A stretch of 64,000 bases of DNA. It comes from Camelus ferus (taxonomy: Eukaryota). The DNA lies in NCBI RefSeq assembly GCF_009834535.1, contig NC_045697.1, positions 16,742,001-16,806,000 of the forward strand. The letters are read 5' to 3'. Under the pieces are notes generated by a model, which saw nothing but the letters and a program-made list of their open reading frames with translations, was not told where the DNA came from and ran no database searches. Of the stretch, positions 1 to 13,785 are shown piece by piece (positions within the stretch are counted from its first letter, which is position 1; the number at the start of each line of letters is the position of its first letter). Both the position numbers and the translations under genes were made by a program.

Positions 1-1989
1 ATAGCGAATACAAACAGGGGACATACAGAAAAAGAGAAGCCCATTGTGTTGGGAGAGCCTATAGCAAAGCCATGGAAGAGGATGAGAAACCATGGGGGCG
101 CCCGCCCCCTGGAGCCCTGGTTGCCCCAGCTGACATCAATGGTTGTAGACAAACTTTCCAGTTCTGTTTGTTGAGATGATGTCAGGCAGCTGTAATCTGT
201 CCAGAGGTGAAAAATCTGGTGCTATCAGCTGCGGGTGGCCCTGGAGTAAATCCTTTCACCTCTGGGCACAAAATGAAAACATACGGCTTTAGCAATTGAC
301 AGCAGAATCGTTCTGTGCCATTACAGCACCAGTCGCTGTTCAATTTGTCCCTGGAAGCGCATTCAGTGGTTCAATATTCCTGAAACATTAACCCACGTTC
401 CCTCATTTTGCTTCTGTTCCTATTGATATCATGTCCACTGTGAATATTTCCAAAGGAACAGTCAAAATCGTACGGGGATCAGAGGGATGGGGTGCGAGTT
501 CTAATAACGTCACAGACTAGCCTATATCCTCAGAGAAGGCATTTGGGCCCAGTGACCTCAGTGATCTCAACTGTAAGTAAAGACAGCTGCTTCACCACCT
601 GAAGGTAAGGATTAAATGAGATAGTGGCAAAAAGGGCACCAGGAAACACTGTGCAAGGATTTCCCACTATTTCTCTAACGATGTCCCTTTAAAAAAATCA
701 TTTCAAAATGTTACCCTGTCAAGAAAAGAGCAAAATTTTAGAGAATCTCCTAAGAAACCCTATATAATGAGAACTTAATTTATCACTAAGCCATTTCACA
801 ATCTGCCCCTGATTAAATAGCCTTTCTATGGACACGATAAATTGGGTTTAGTAACTGATAAAACCTTATAGGCATTGCCTTCAACTTGGAATAGCTGAAC
901 TAAGACAAAAAATATCATTTAAAAAATCAAGTCCCATTGAGTCATTGGAAATATAAACAGCAGATATCCAGGAAAAGAGAAGGCTATTGGGTTTGAAAAT
1001 GATAAAAGGCAGAAATAATTGATTCATCTTATCTAAAAATAAGACTACGTAAAAAATCGTCTTCAGTAAATACGGCAGGTATTTTATTTTAATTTTTTAA
1101 AATATCTTTTAAAAAAGGAAAAAAGTTCTCAATACATAATTAAGTTTTTTTGAACTCCATGGCCATGTTTTATGTGGCTTTATTCATTCATTTCTCCTTT
1201 TATTCATTTGTATTGAGAAAATAGTTTTGGGACGGCAAGCGTCTCAGGCACACAGCAGTGGTTCTTACAGACACAGACCTGCCCTGGTGGTATTTCCAGC
1301 AACCCAGCTGCCCAGCAGTCATCGGTACAGAATCTAACATAATCATTTAAACAATAAATGAAGGGAAAAAAATGGACTAAAAAATGAACATATGGAGAAA
1401 AAGAAAATTGAAAATCAGAGAAAAGGGAATTAGAAGGAGAATGGGATAATCCGTAACTTCACCATCACTTTTAGTTAGAAATGAAACACTCCTTCTGTAT
1501 GATACTCTTCGTCTGGGCTGTGGGCTTCAGAAAAATAATCAGTGTCTTTGAAATGTGAATTAAAGTCAGTCACCACACACGACTCTTCAATTGCTCCTTA
1601 TTCTTAAATGTTGCCAAGATTTTCTTTGGGAGCAACAGCTATGATAAAACATTAGAGGAGAAACAAGATTTTTCTTTGGGTTTCTGTGACAGTGATCAAG
1701 GTATTATTGCCATAAAGGCCAAATAAAATCAAACCACAATCTACCAGGGAACTGAAAAGTAAACTCTTGTTTTGGCAGAAACTGTCCATTTCTGTAAAGT
1801 ACAGCATGACAGCAAGATATGGCTTTCTTTCTAGTAGATAACACAATGGCTGCATGCTTTTTAATGATTACGATTTTAATCTTGAAAAAAAAAATAAGGT
1901 TGCTCTAAAATCAAACTGGTTTTAAGATAAAGGGCAAGTAAAGAGAAATATCTAGGTTGACAAATAAAAGAGAACAGTCTTCTTTGAGC

Positions 1990-2170
1990 TCTGGCTCTGT
2001 TCTAGGCGTGTTGTGTTGTACTGGCTGTTTCCTTTTATCTGCATAACAAGCCTTTGAAATCGCACGATTTCACCATTTTACAGATAAGGAGACTGAGGCT
2101 TGAGGAAGTTAAGAAACTTGCCTGATACATTGCAAACATGTGACCAAGTGGAAATTTGAACCCCTGTTCC
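1990..2170 (-). mobile_element. MIR SINE
   Basis: Core CCATTTTACAGATAAGGAGACTGAGGCT...GTTAAG.AACTTGCC. Confidence 0.85.
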
Positions 2171-3184
2171 CTCTCCCTTCAATGTCCCTAACTTTTCCAG
2201 AGCATTTTTCCAGTGGCAGAATTCACAACTCTCCTACCTTCATAGGTAAGAATTTAAACTTAATTGTTAATTTTATTTTCAAGATCTCTTTGGGGGAAAA
2301 AAAATACACAGCTCACTGAATATTCTTCTAGAAAAAAAAAAGTCACATGTTTCTTTGCTTCTAACGAGTTGCTGCAGCTCAGAAGTTTCCATTACATTCT
2401 GACAATTAAGTTGCCAATAAACTGAGGAACCACTAATTGACTTATCTATCTCACAAATTCAGGGTCCAGCTAGCACCCTAGCACACAGTTTCCATCACTG
2501 GACCAAAAATCACTCACATCTCGCAATCCACTGAGCGAGTAGATTTGATTTGGGTACATTGCGTATTGTTCCCGTACTTGACGTGAAGTTCTAATTGGGA
2601 ACACACACACGCACGTTGTCACATATCAGTGACAACACGCTGCACCACTGTCGACTACATTATCAGAACTGATGATAAGATACTGTTATGCTGGGGTCAA
2701 CGCCATGGCTATGGACCCGAATATGAAAAAAAATGTATGGTAATTGAAACCACAAAATCTTAGGAAATGCAGTCAATTTCATACAGTATCAAAAGATCAC
2801 CCAATTCAACTTCTACTTGAGGCTGAGCACAATATTGAAAAAACACGTGAAAGCCAATGATCTTATCAGTTGTCCAGAATTCAACATTTACTGACTATGT
2901 AAGGTAATTTACTGATTAATGAATAAATGTATTACCTGTGTGGTGCCTTGTATTTGGCTCCCCAAGTTCTTGTAAAGAACTTAGCACTGTGAACGCATTA
3001 CTAAATATGTCAACGTTACCATATTAACTGCTTTGTTCAGGCTTCAGTAAGAGTGAACTTTTTTGGTTCCATGTTCCACTAGTAATATTAAAGGTTCTTG
3101 GAAATTTTGCTGTCTGCTCAAACTCTGGCTGTGGGATTTGCCTTACAGGGGCGATTTGAAAATGAGAACATTAGGTATACTAAA

Positions 3185-3350
3185 TCAGGTGCTTCCCAAA
3201 CAGCAACGTCCACACGCATCACTTGATGATGTGGGTAAGATGCAGACTCTGCTTCAGGCAGTCCGGGGTTCAGCCTGAGATTCTGAATCTCTAATAACTT
3301 CCTGGATGCTGTTGATGCTGCTGGCTTACGGACCACAGCTTGAGTAGCAA
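3185..3350. mobile_element. MER5A-like DNA transposon remnant
   Basis: ATGCAGACTCTG...GCCTGAGATTCTGAATCTCTAA...GATGCTGCTGG...GACCACA.CTTGAGTAGCAA signature. Confidence 0.8.
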
Positions 3351-4140
3351 AACCTAAGTTTTCTTCATCAACTTAGCGAACTGTTTTTAGTACTTGCCTC
3401 CATCATGCAGGGCAGAAAAGTTGTATTTATTAAAACTAAATCCCCCCTAGAAAGGCATGCCAGAACACCTTGAGTAAAGACTTAGATTTTTATGTCACTT
3501 CACTCACTCTAGCTCAGGTTCCAAACTGCAGGTCTTCAGGCCAAAACTAGTCCAGACATAAGTTTTATTTGGATAACATAGTGTTTACCTACAAAGGGTG
3601 TTAAATGTTATTAGATTAGGTAACGATATTTACTAAACTTGGGATTTCATCTGAAATTTTTGTTTTTCTGAAGGAATCAGAAGATTTGAGGAGGAAGACC
3701 ACTTAACACGAGGGATGTCCTCTCCAGTTCTCCGCTCTCTCCTCTCCCGCTTCTAGCTCTGACATGGCATTTCCCTGGCCTTTCTGATTGTATTTCCCAT
3801 CGGCGTTAAAGTCACTCTCTCCTCTGAGCTTCCTTTTTTTTTTTTTTTCCGTTTTCCCACATCCTCATTATGGCATCTCTGATATAAAATGCTTTCCCCA
3901 TTTTTTTTCCCTCATTGAAATCCTAAGTATGGCTTAAGATTCTGTTTGATTTTTTCTGTCCCATTGAGTATTACTTAAGCACACCAACATAACTCTTTTA
4001 AAGTGTTTTAGCACACCCTACTACACTTCAAGTGTATCGTGGAAAGCCCAGTTTTTATCTTTTCATAAGCACATTTTTATCAACCTTTATCTATGTAGTG
4101 AAACAGATAGATGGAAGATACATGACTCAGATAAGCATAT

Positions 4141-4142
<2 letters not shown>

Positions 4143-4172
<30 letters not shown>
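4143..4172. repeat. (GT)15 microsatellite
   Basis: Direct read. Confidence 0.97.
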
Positions 4173-4174
<2 letters not shown>

Positions 4175-5097
4175 TGGCACACTTTTAACTTTTAACTAGA
4201 CTGGAACTGTCCTCAAGGAATTAACAGTGTGCTGTGGTGTTGGCAGATTAACAGGATGATCCACAGGAAGTAATCACAAGCAAAATTATTTGTTAATTTT
4301 ATTCTGGATCTATGATAGATCTCCATGTACAGGTTTTCCTTTTTGTATAAGGGATTCATAAAGATTATTTTTTTCATCGAAGTATTTATAACTTAGAGTA
4401 TCAGTTTTCTATATTAAAAGAGGATTTTCATTATAGAAAGCAAAGACAAAGTCAAAACTTTTAACTACTTACAATGTCATCGCTTGATTAAAGGTAAGTA
4501 CAGAAAGAGGGGATCAGTCATCTTTGGTGGAAGACATGCCCTAAAACATCTCTCAGGACGGGGAACATGAGAGGTGTGTAAGAAAGATGAGTGGCACAGA
4601 AAATTCAGCATAAAAGCAATATTTACATTAGGGTGGTGATGCCTTACAGGCTCTATTGCAATGGGCCAAAGAATTACTATTTATTAAACAGATGAAAAGA
4701 AAGAGCTCCCGTTAGATCTACAATGCCACCTCAGAAAAAAATGAGATAACATTTTGAGGAGGAAAAGTAACGAGATGAATCTCAAATCTGGGAGTCAGCC
4801 ACGTGTCCCCAGCTGAACCTGATGAACACGCAGCCACCATGCATTTTCCATGGTGATCCTGAGGAGGGGTTTCTGCAGAAAATTATTGCGCTGTACCTGA
4901 AATGATCCCTGCTCCTTATTCAAACTCCCCAGGATATTAAGGTAAGACCTGCCTTATATCCTTTATCCAGAAGGATATATCAAACTTGATAAAATTATGA
5001 AAACATTTGGAAAACTATTTGATGAATCAATCATTTTGTTTTCTGGCCCCCCTTCTATGTATGAGCCATCATGCAGTAAAGCATGAGACAGCTAGAG

Positions 5098-5360
5098 ATG
5101 TCATACAATGGAGTGGCTAAGGACGCAGGAGCTGGTGTCAGACAGCGCAGGCATGGACCCTAGCTCTGACACGTACCAGGGTCGGGGACCTGGGGCGAGC
5201 TGCTGAACTCCTCTGCAACTCAGTTCCCCATCTACGGTGGAGACAATTACAAAACAATCTGCCTCAAGGTTGTTGTAAAGCTGAAATGCATCAACACATG
5301 TAAAGTGCTTAGAATAATACCGCCTACCGCCGAGAGGCTTTCAGTAATTAAATGTTATCT
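5098..5360 (+). mobile_element. MIR SINE, near full length
   Basis: GTGGCTAAG...GTCAGACAG...CTCAGTTCCCCATCT...GGTTGTTG...ATGTAAAGTGCTTAGAA. Confidence 0.8.
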
Positions 5361-7867
5361 TTGTTGTCCTCAGTGAGTGAGTTTATAATCTAGTCAAGGA
5401 ACTCGGATGGGAACAATGAAAATACAACTAACTCCGCAAGGCCATGTATGCAGGACAAGTATCAGATAAGTCATTCGGATACTGAGGAGGGTTCAGTTTT
5501 GAGAAGAGAGAATCAGTTTTAGTTTTACATAATGTTGCCAGGAATCCGGGCAAGGGATTGCTTATCAGAGTCATAGCATTTTTAGCATAGTTACATTCTT
5601 TTGGTCATGGAAAAGCCTTTGACAACTATTATAAAACAGACCCCTCCTAATGTCTGGGTGTATTAAGACAGCTAGGTTTTCCCTCTGACCTGTGAATGAA
5701 GGCTTCACAGTCAAATTGATTATGAACCTATCCAATTACCAGAAACACGAACACATTTCCAATGGCCTCACAACTTGTCTGGCCTGACAGACAGGACAGA
5801 CAGAAAAATAACTCCCCAGGCTTAGCAAAGAAGCATAGTTTGAGGAAAAAAAAAAAGGAAAAACTCTATGAATGAAGGTACTTTTGCTCTACAAAGTTGA
5901 GCTTTATTTTCATTTACTTTTTAAAAATCTATTTACCTTTCACTCAAATGTAGAAATATAGTTTTATTTTATTTACGTATTTTGCCATTATAAATCCAGT
6001 AAAGCCAGAAGAGCATGTATACAAGTTAGAATGATCTAGCATTAACACGGAGACCCACAATGGGGGGGGGGGGGGAGTATGCGTCCTTTGATGTTAGTTA
6101 TGTAACAGAAGCCTATCAACTCCATATAAAAGGTTTTGCAATCAATAAAAAAAGTTAAAAAAATAAATAAATAAAAGACTTCACATATTGGCATTTTCCA
6201 TCAACAATAAAAAATAACCATACACATTTTTGCTGTCATTTACACCCTTTAGTTCATTATCTGAACGTCAGTCATAAAGTTGTGTTTTAATACCGATAAT
6301 ATTCATTGTACTAAAATGTTTAGCTCAAAAGCAGGGCTCGTCTTAGAAAATGTTTAAACGTGTGTATCTTCCGGGCAGGGGTGTGCCATTTATTTTTGTA
6401 TTCGGAGTGTCTGATACAGCAGATATTGAATCAATCCCAGATGGATGAATGAGTGAAAGTGCGAAAAAGGGAAAGGAAGAGAAAAAGAAGGGCCTGATGT
6501 CAAGATAACATAGGTTTGAATATCTCACCGGTCTCTGTAAGTGATTCCCCCATGATGCCGGTCTTCAGTTCTCTTTGTCTTATTTGAACCTACTATTTAA
6601 TACCCATCTTTACCTCCAAATAGTGACCTGGAACACAGTAGGCATTTAGAAAGCACTTGTCAAAAAACGAGAATGGATGAGTTAACTGTAAGCTCCTTTA
6701 GGACACGCAACTACCTACTCATGCTCGATGGTTCTCCAAAAACCTAGCATTTTACCTTTGCAGAATGTACTCCAAAAATAATTTCGGATTTTTTAATGCC
6801 TTCCTCATTTAACCTATGCGTAATAAGATCTCACTGCATTTCAGACACTGAGTTAGATAATGGCTGCTGTGTTAGTTAAAATCACAGCTCAGACCCTGGA
6901 ATAGCTTCCCATCTAGTGGGAGAGGCAGAATAGATTAGCAGCAGACAGACTGAGAAATCATGGGGGAAAGTGCAGCTGCTCTAAGGCACACAGCAGAGGT
7001 GCCTGGATGCCCTGGGTACCAGAGGGAGATGCTCTACGGAAGGTGATGTAGAAGGGAAAGTCTGGAGGATAATAAAAAATTGGGCAAGCAAAGAGATGGA
7101 CAGAGAGATTTGCTAATCTAAACAAAACAGTACAACTTACACACAGAGAAACCCAAAGGGTCACCAGACCTGGCATCTAGTGTAACCACAATAAATAACC
7201 ACTGAGCAAGTTATGTTATGTCATGAGCCTCATTCAACATCTAACTATGAACGGGTTCTCCCACCCTGAACCAAAATAAAGTGGTATCTGGAAATTTGTT
7301 AGGTAAGTATAATATAAGTGTCTTACATAGTTAGAATATAAAATAAAAAACATCTCTATCCGCCAACCCTCCCCAAATTGCTCAGACAACATATATTGGA
7401 GCTTTCTGCCCTTCCGGAATGTGCCACGAGAGACCTAAAGAAAATCGAACAGCTAGTTGTTGAAAATGCCAAATATTGAACTTCTGCAACCGGTATTCTG
7501 AGAGAAGATTCTCTGTGTCGAAATTTGGGTGGCAGCAGAGGCCACTGCTTTTTGGTTTTCTCTCACCCTGGACTCATTAATCATCACCAACATCATTGAC
7601 TAAACGTGGTTCACTTTAACATACAAAACGCCTTTGCTTGTTGGCTCTCCTCAGCCACATCAGAGAGCAGCCCAGGCCGTGCTCAAAGCTGAGAAGTCAC
7701 ACTGTGGTTGCCTGTCTTCCCTCCAAAGGTTACATTTCATAACTGAGATTAAACGTCTTGCCCGTTCTAGGACTGCTTTGGGAAATTATACACTAATGAT
7801 GGCCACTCAAGCAAGGAGCTTAGTCATTTCCCTTTGGCCTCTGTGTAGAGCCTCCCAATTTGGTCAT

Positions 7868-7985
7868 TTTTTTCAACAAATATTTCATAGGTGCCTACCG
7901 TGTACTATGATAGGTGCTAAGCACAGGGTCAGCGGTGAATAAAAGAGCGATGGCCCCTCCCTCGTGGAATTTACCTGGGATTAAA
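7868..7985 (-). mobile_element. L2 3'-end fragment
   Basis: TTCAACAAATATTT...GTGCCTAC.GTGT...GGTGCTA...GTGAATAAAA...GGCCCCT.CCCTCGTGGA. Confidence 0.7.
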
Positions 7986-9334
7986 GATGCCCACTGGATG
8001 CACACGAGGAAGTCAGTAAGCAGAAATCTCACTTTGCCCCTCATCTCTCAGCAGGCTGGCACAGAGCCCAGGGGCAGGCTGTTGGACACTCCCCCCCGAA
8101 ATTTGAATCTTGCCCAGAATTCTCTTGCAGTTTTGTTCCCAAGGACACTCTGGGCTTTACAGCGCTACCCAGGAGGTCTGGGGTATTGAGTGTTCCTACA
8201 AATGGCCACTGATTGACTACGAATTATGTACAAGCATGGAAATATGCACTTCCCTGACATTATTTCTACATGTATTATTTGAATTTTTTTTTTTTTTAAT
8301 GAGAAGAGTAATGTTTCTTGGCAGAGACACATACATGATTCTCAGGGATAGCAAACATGTGTGAGTATGGAATGGAATATAACATCCCTCCGTGTGCCCA
8401 GAGCCAGCACCACTGGGTTCACAGAAGATGCTCATCACTGATGTTCTTTATGTGTTTATAGTTGGAACCACTATAAAAGGCAAAGAGCACAAACTGCCAA
8501 ATGTCAATAAGATGTACAGACCACTAGACGGAGAGCTCACCTTTGGCAAATAATGTCAGAGCAAGGTTTCATAAAATACACATACACATAGTGCGTGTAT
8601 ATACGTATATATGAATATAGATTTATATTTTGAAGGCACAAATAGTTAAAATATTGGTATTATTTTTAATTCATTGGATTGCAGAGGAGAGCCATTGGGT
8701 GGGGGGATTCTTGCTGTGTTTTTTGGGAGCCAGCACCCCGTTCCTTTCCTTAACATCAAGCACTTCATGCTGACAAGATCCTCCAACCACCTTTGGGAGC
8801 CACAGCTAATCATGTGTTGTTTCTTGACTTCCCAGTACGTTTGTAGCAGCGCCACAATTTCCTTTACCAAAATGATCCCTTCTCCACCAGCTACCCCTTG
8901 AGAGCCAGAAGGCAAAAGCCCCACTTTCTGCTCGCCACCCAGGGGCTGGCACCAGAACCCAGGGGAAAACTATTAAAATGTGAATTGTGATCAGAATCCT
9001 CCTGTCGCTCTGTTCCAAGACTTGTAAGCTCAGTTCAACACCCTGTCATCAATTCCATCAGCCACTGACATCCTTAAGGTCTTCTGCTTGGCAGTTGACT
9101 CTTTCTGGTTTTTATTTTTTCTGTTGTTTACAACCAAAGAACCCAAATTATAAATCCCAACTTTACAGCTAAATTCTGAATGGTTTCCATGGAATAGATT
9201 GATTTCTTGGAAAAGTAAAGGTTCTATTCATATTATATTTATTATCTTCACAGTTGCCTTTACGGGTGAGACAAATATTATCACCTCCAGCCATGTATAA
9301 ACTTTTTATATGTTAAAAATCATTTCTGGCATAC

Positions 9335-9645
9335 CCTCTATGTTCTAGAAACTGTGCAAAGCACTTCCGTTGCATTATCCCATTTAATCCTAACCACAGC
9401 CCACTAGAACACAAGCTCCAGGAGGGCAGGACTTTTTATGCCCTCGTTCACTACTGACTCCCTAGCACCTGGCAGATTCTTCACATGTAAGAAGTTATCA
9501 GTAATTTTTGCCATCCATACGAGGCAGGCAGGATTACAGAAAAGGAGAAATTGAGACGTTATGCACACGTATCCATGGTCTCACTGCACGTAAGTGGTTA
9601 ACTGGGATTTCAACCCAGGCCTGTCTGACTCCAGCCCCCAAAGCC
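9335..9645 (-). mobile_element. MIR interrupted by an L2 3'-end fragment (~9400-9510, + strand)
   Basis: MIR parts CATTATCCCATTTAATCCT and GGGATTTCAACCCAGGCCTGTCTGACTCCA flank L2 tail CCACTAGAA...AAGCTCCAGGAGGGCAGGAC...CCTAGCAC. Confidence 0.7.
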
Positions 9646-10027
9646 CCCGATCATTCTGTTACGCCCGCAGGGTCTTGGGATACAGAGAAGAAGGAGGTTG
9701 CCGATATCAAGGAACGTAGGTGAGGCCTTCTCATTCCTGATTTCCTCTTGTGAAGAAGAGACAGGACCCTCATTCGTTTTTTTGTACGTTTTCCATAGTC
9801 CCTTTGTACATATGAAAAAATACCATTTTAGAGATAATATGTTAAAATCGAGAGAGAAGATTGAGAGTCCGATGTCACCGCTACTATTGCTAGCTTGTGG
9901 ACTGGCAGCCTCTTCATCCTGAGACTGAGTCCCACACGACACAACACTTGCCTTCTAGTCCTTTCAGGAAGGAAGGAAGGCAGGAAGAATTAGTGAAAGT
10001 TGGATGGATGGACTGACTCTGTGAGTT

Positions 10028-10212
10028 GTAATATAAATATAAATTAAGGTATATAAATATGTAATTATAGAAGTATAAGTTATATAAATTTAAGGTACAT
10101 ATTTATATTTTTTAACATAACATAAATATAAATTAACATAGAAATATAAATTTATATAATATAAATTAATGTAGTTATAAATATAAATTAAGGTATTACT
10201 ATAACTTTTAAT
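10028..10212. repeat. AT-rich low-complexity degenerate repeat (AAATATAAATTAA units)
   Basis: ATAAATATAAATTAA recurs several times; almost no G/C. Confidence 0.85.
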
Positions 10213-12584
10213 ACCAGCACACTCCAGTACACTCTTCAAACAAATTATCCCCTCTATGGTCTTCCCCGGAAACAAAGTCATACTAGGAGGCTGCTCAAGC
10301 ATCATTTCATAAACCACTCTTCCTCCGGTTGCCTCTGTTAATTAGGGAAGAGTGACAGTGCTTGAAATGCCGGTCCCAATGTCAGAGCAGGCAAGGCTCA
10401 GCTCAGAGGTGATGCCAACACGATCAACAGAGCCACCTGTGAGCCAGTTCAGATGCGATCTTTGGCTTGAACAATTAGCTCTGGTCTGCCTGCATGTCAA
10501 AAGTGTAAGAGACAGGTGACTTCAGGATTTTCTAAGCAGAGGAAAGAGAAAAGATGTGTTTGGAGAAACAGGAAGATAATCAGGAGACTACAAATAGGAA
10601 CAATAACAGCAACTAAGCCATTTAAAGTAAAATACCAAGGGAGCAAAGAGTTTTACTGCATCCCGGCCAATGGAGAATATTCAAACGCCACAGAAAATTC
10701 CAGAAGAGTGGGGATCTGATGAAGGACGTCCATGTTAGATAATTAAGAATTCCCTGATGATATCAGAGGAAGCGCCATTAAATTCAAGAGGGAGGAATTA
10801 GATGCAATGATATTGGCTCCTCATAAGCCTTCCAGAATGGATGAAAATACGAGTGTTAATACGAGAAGAAAAAAAGAAGTTGTGGGGAGCAACAGAAGAA
10901 TTCTAAAAAGTCAAAGAATTCTAAATGAAGAATAACAAAGGTGCATGCAGGACAAAATGAGGGCCAGCATCCACATAGTGGTGCTGGGAGGGCGCTGCGC
11001 ACCACTGGCTTGCACTCTGCCTGATGATGTTCACTGACTGACCACTCAGCCTTCCTGGGATGAGCAGGCTCCCAGGAATAACAGTGGCGCCTGGTAGTAA
11101 TACCAGTTGCGTTCTTGGGTATTTATCTCCATCCAATCAGCAGTATAACTGTTACCATAATACCCTGATCAATAATTTGCTACCCAAACCAGAACACCAT
11201 GACCTTTAAATACAACATATTTCAAATGAAGGGCAAGTCCACATGACAGTCCTTCCTCGGTGAGCTGCAGTCGGAGTGGCTGCGAGCACTCTCGTGTTTA
11301 GGCAGCAATAAAACACTGTTTTGTAAACGTAACCAGAAATGCAAAATGGGCACCACTTTATCCTAAACATCAGTGCACAAAAACCTGTATTATTCAAAAC
11401 AAAGAATAAACTAGCTGAGAGGGAATCACTGGCCTAACCAAAGATTTTGATCCTGTCTCTAGACCCAGCTTGGCGGCTCCTCAAGAGATCCTGTTCCCCA
11501 GGTAATTCTACCAGTCCCCTAAAAATATTCCCAAGATGGTTCAGAAGAGCACAAGCAAAATGTCATTAATTCGTTCACTAGACAGTCCCGAGTACCTCTT
11601 GTGTACAGAATTTTGAACTAAGAGCTGAAGAACTTCTAAGAGAACACAGGAACCAAAAGAAATAAAAATCATCATCTCTACTTAAAAATTAAGCTGAGGG
11701 AATAACAGTCTTATGACATGTATTTACTGAGCTCCTATCATGTGTGAGGCATTATATATAAGAAAAAAGACGAATAAGGTACAGTTTTACTCCTTAACCC
11801 AGGAGCACAAAAAGCCAAACTATTAAGGAAAAAAGCGCACAGCCACAAATGCAAAATGATTTGATGCCCACGAAGGGAAGGAGAATGATCAGAGCTCACT
11901 GCAATTGTAAGAAATAGTTTATTTGGGGGAACACGCCAGTTTTCAATTGCATTTTAAAAGAGTTATATTCCCCACTAAACTTGTCTTTCAGGAGACTTAT
12001 AGGCATATTCTACCAAATCTAGTTTACGAAGACATGCCCAAGAGTTCAATAAAGAACTTTAAAGTCAAGTTTAGGATGCATTATCAATACTTGGTAATTG
12101 CCTTCCTCTCAGCCAAATGCCAACAAAAATATTGGTCCATCAGTCAACAAGTATCAGGAATATACACAGTGGGGACAAGGACTATCACAGATAGTCCCTG
12201 GCCTCACAATTTTAATATATGCTTTCGAGTACAGTCCTCTGCGAATGAAAACATCTTCGGATCCACAGGCAGTAGGACAGAAACTCTAGTCTGCTGACCA
12301 GGCTGTGGCAGGATGGATTCCTGTTGATCTCTCCATAACTAACATGAAATCTACTCGAACAAGACTCGATCTGGGCTCTGGAAGCTGTTGAGGTAGAGGT
12401 GGAATTAATCAGGGAACACTTCCTGAAGTTGAGAGGTTCTTGCGATTTTAAAATTCAGGAGCATTGCAAACAAGGGGACAGAAATAATCCCAGGCATTTG
12501 GAAAATTTGAAAAAGGCTGGGAGTAGGAGGGGATGAGGAGCTTAGAGCCTAGCAGTAGAGGTATTAAGCAAGAGGCAGTAGAAG

Positions 12585-12860
12585 GGAGCGGTGAAAAATG
12601 CAAGTTTTGGAGTTAGGCAATCTTAGTTCTTTGGGCCACTTTTTGTAACTTGGTCCTCGGCAAGTTACTCATCTCAACCTCACTTTCTGAAAAGTAAAAT
12701 GAAGTAATACTTCCAACCCATCAGGGAGATTAGGGGAATTAGACGAGCCCATTTATTTATATATAGTAAGTTAAATATATAGAATTAAACTCTTTTTTTT
12801 ACATTAAAACATGTTTAGCGCCAATGTCTAGCACATAAAAATACCCATCATTACTATCGC
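12585..12860 (+). mobile_element. MIR SINE (degenerate)
   Basis: TTGGAGTTAGG...CCTCGGCAAGTTACT...CCTCACTTT...GTAAAATG. Confidence 0.65.
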
Positions 12861-13129
12861 TATTGGCAAGAGAAAGCCTGGCAAATTATTGACCTCTAAG
12901 CAAAAGCGAAAAGTCTTCAGTAAGTCGAAGGGGAATCTTGATACCCCTCCCCCACCGTGTCTGCTGAACAAATCTCTCCTTGAAGACACCCATCCTCATG
13001 AAGACTTCCACGACTGCTTCCAAGCTCAGCTATTAGGAGAGCTTTTTTGCAGACTTCCAAGAGCAGCCGCCCCACGTGCTTTGCCGTCTACACACATTAC
13101 CTTCTAGATCCTTCCTCTTGGCTCCCTTC

Positions 13130-13785
13130 CCGAACCACACCCTCCCCTAAGTCTCTTATTTTCCAAAGTCCCCCAAATCACCCAGGCTTGAAACCACAGC
13201 CATTTTTACTCCTTTTTCTCTCACCACAGCATCGAACCTATCACCTGTTGTGATAAAGATCTTCATCGATTCTTTCTTCACAAAGTCTCCCACATCCACC
13301 CTTTCCTTTCATTGTCACCATCATTTCCTAATTCAAGCCCTCTTACCTCAAGCCTGAAAAACCACAGCAGCCTCCTCCCCGGGGTCCCTGCCTGCAAGCT
13401 CTGTGCAAGATAACACTTCTTCCACGCTAACAAGCCCTGTCATTCGTCTCCCCGCTGCTTGTCCTGACCCACGGCTCTTACGCATTACACACGTCCGTTA
13501 ACTACATCCACTACTGTGCTGGGGCCTCAGTTTCCCTACTGCTAGACTAAGGTCTCCTCATATTAATTTAGTACAATTCTAAGATTCTATTCACTTGTAC
13601 CTGCTTTCTCATCTACCCAATTAGATTAGTTCTTATTTCCCAGTCGTTCCTTGGGCCCTCCTCGCATATGACTTTCCTCTTACCTTGGGTCTCTGTTCTA
13701 TCCAGTTTGTTATGCCAACAGTTAGCATAAATCCTGGCACATAGTAGGTGGTAAAGAAACATGGGGTAAGTAAACAATGAGATGA
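13130..13785 (+). mobile_element. L2 fragments
   Basis: Pyrimidine-rich L2 body (CAAGCCCTC...CCACAGCAGCCTCCT...CCCTGCCT) and tail CCTGGCACATAGTAGGTG. Confidence 0.6.
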
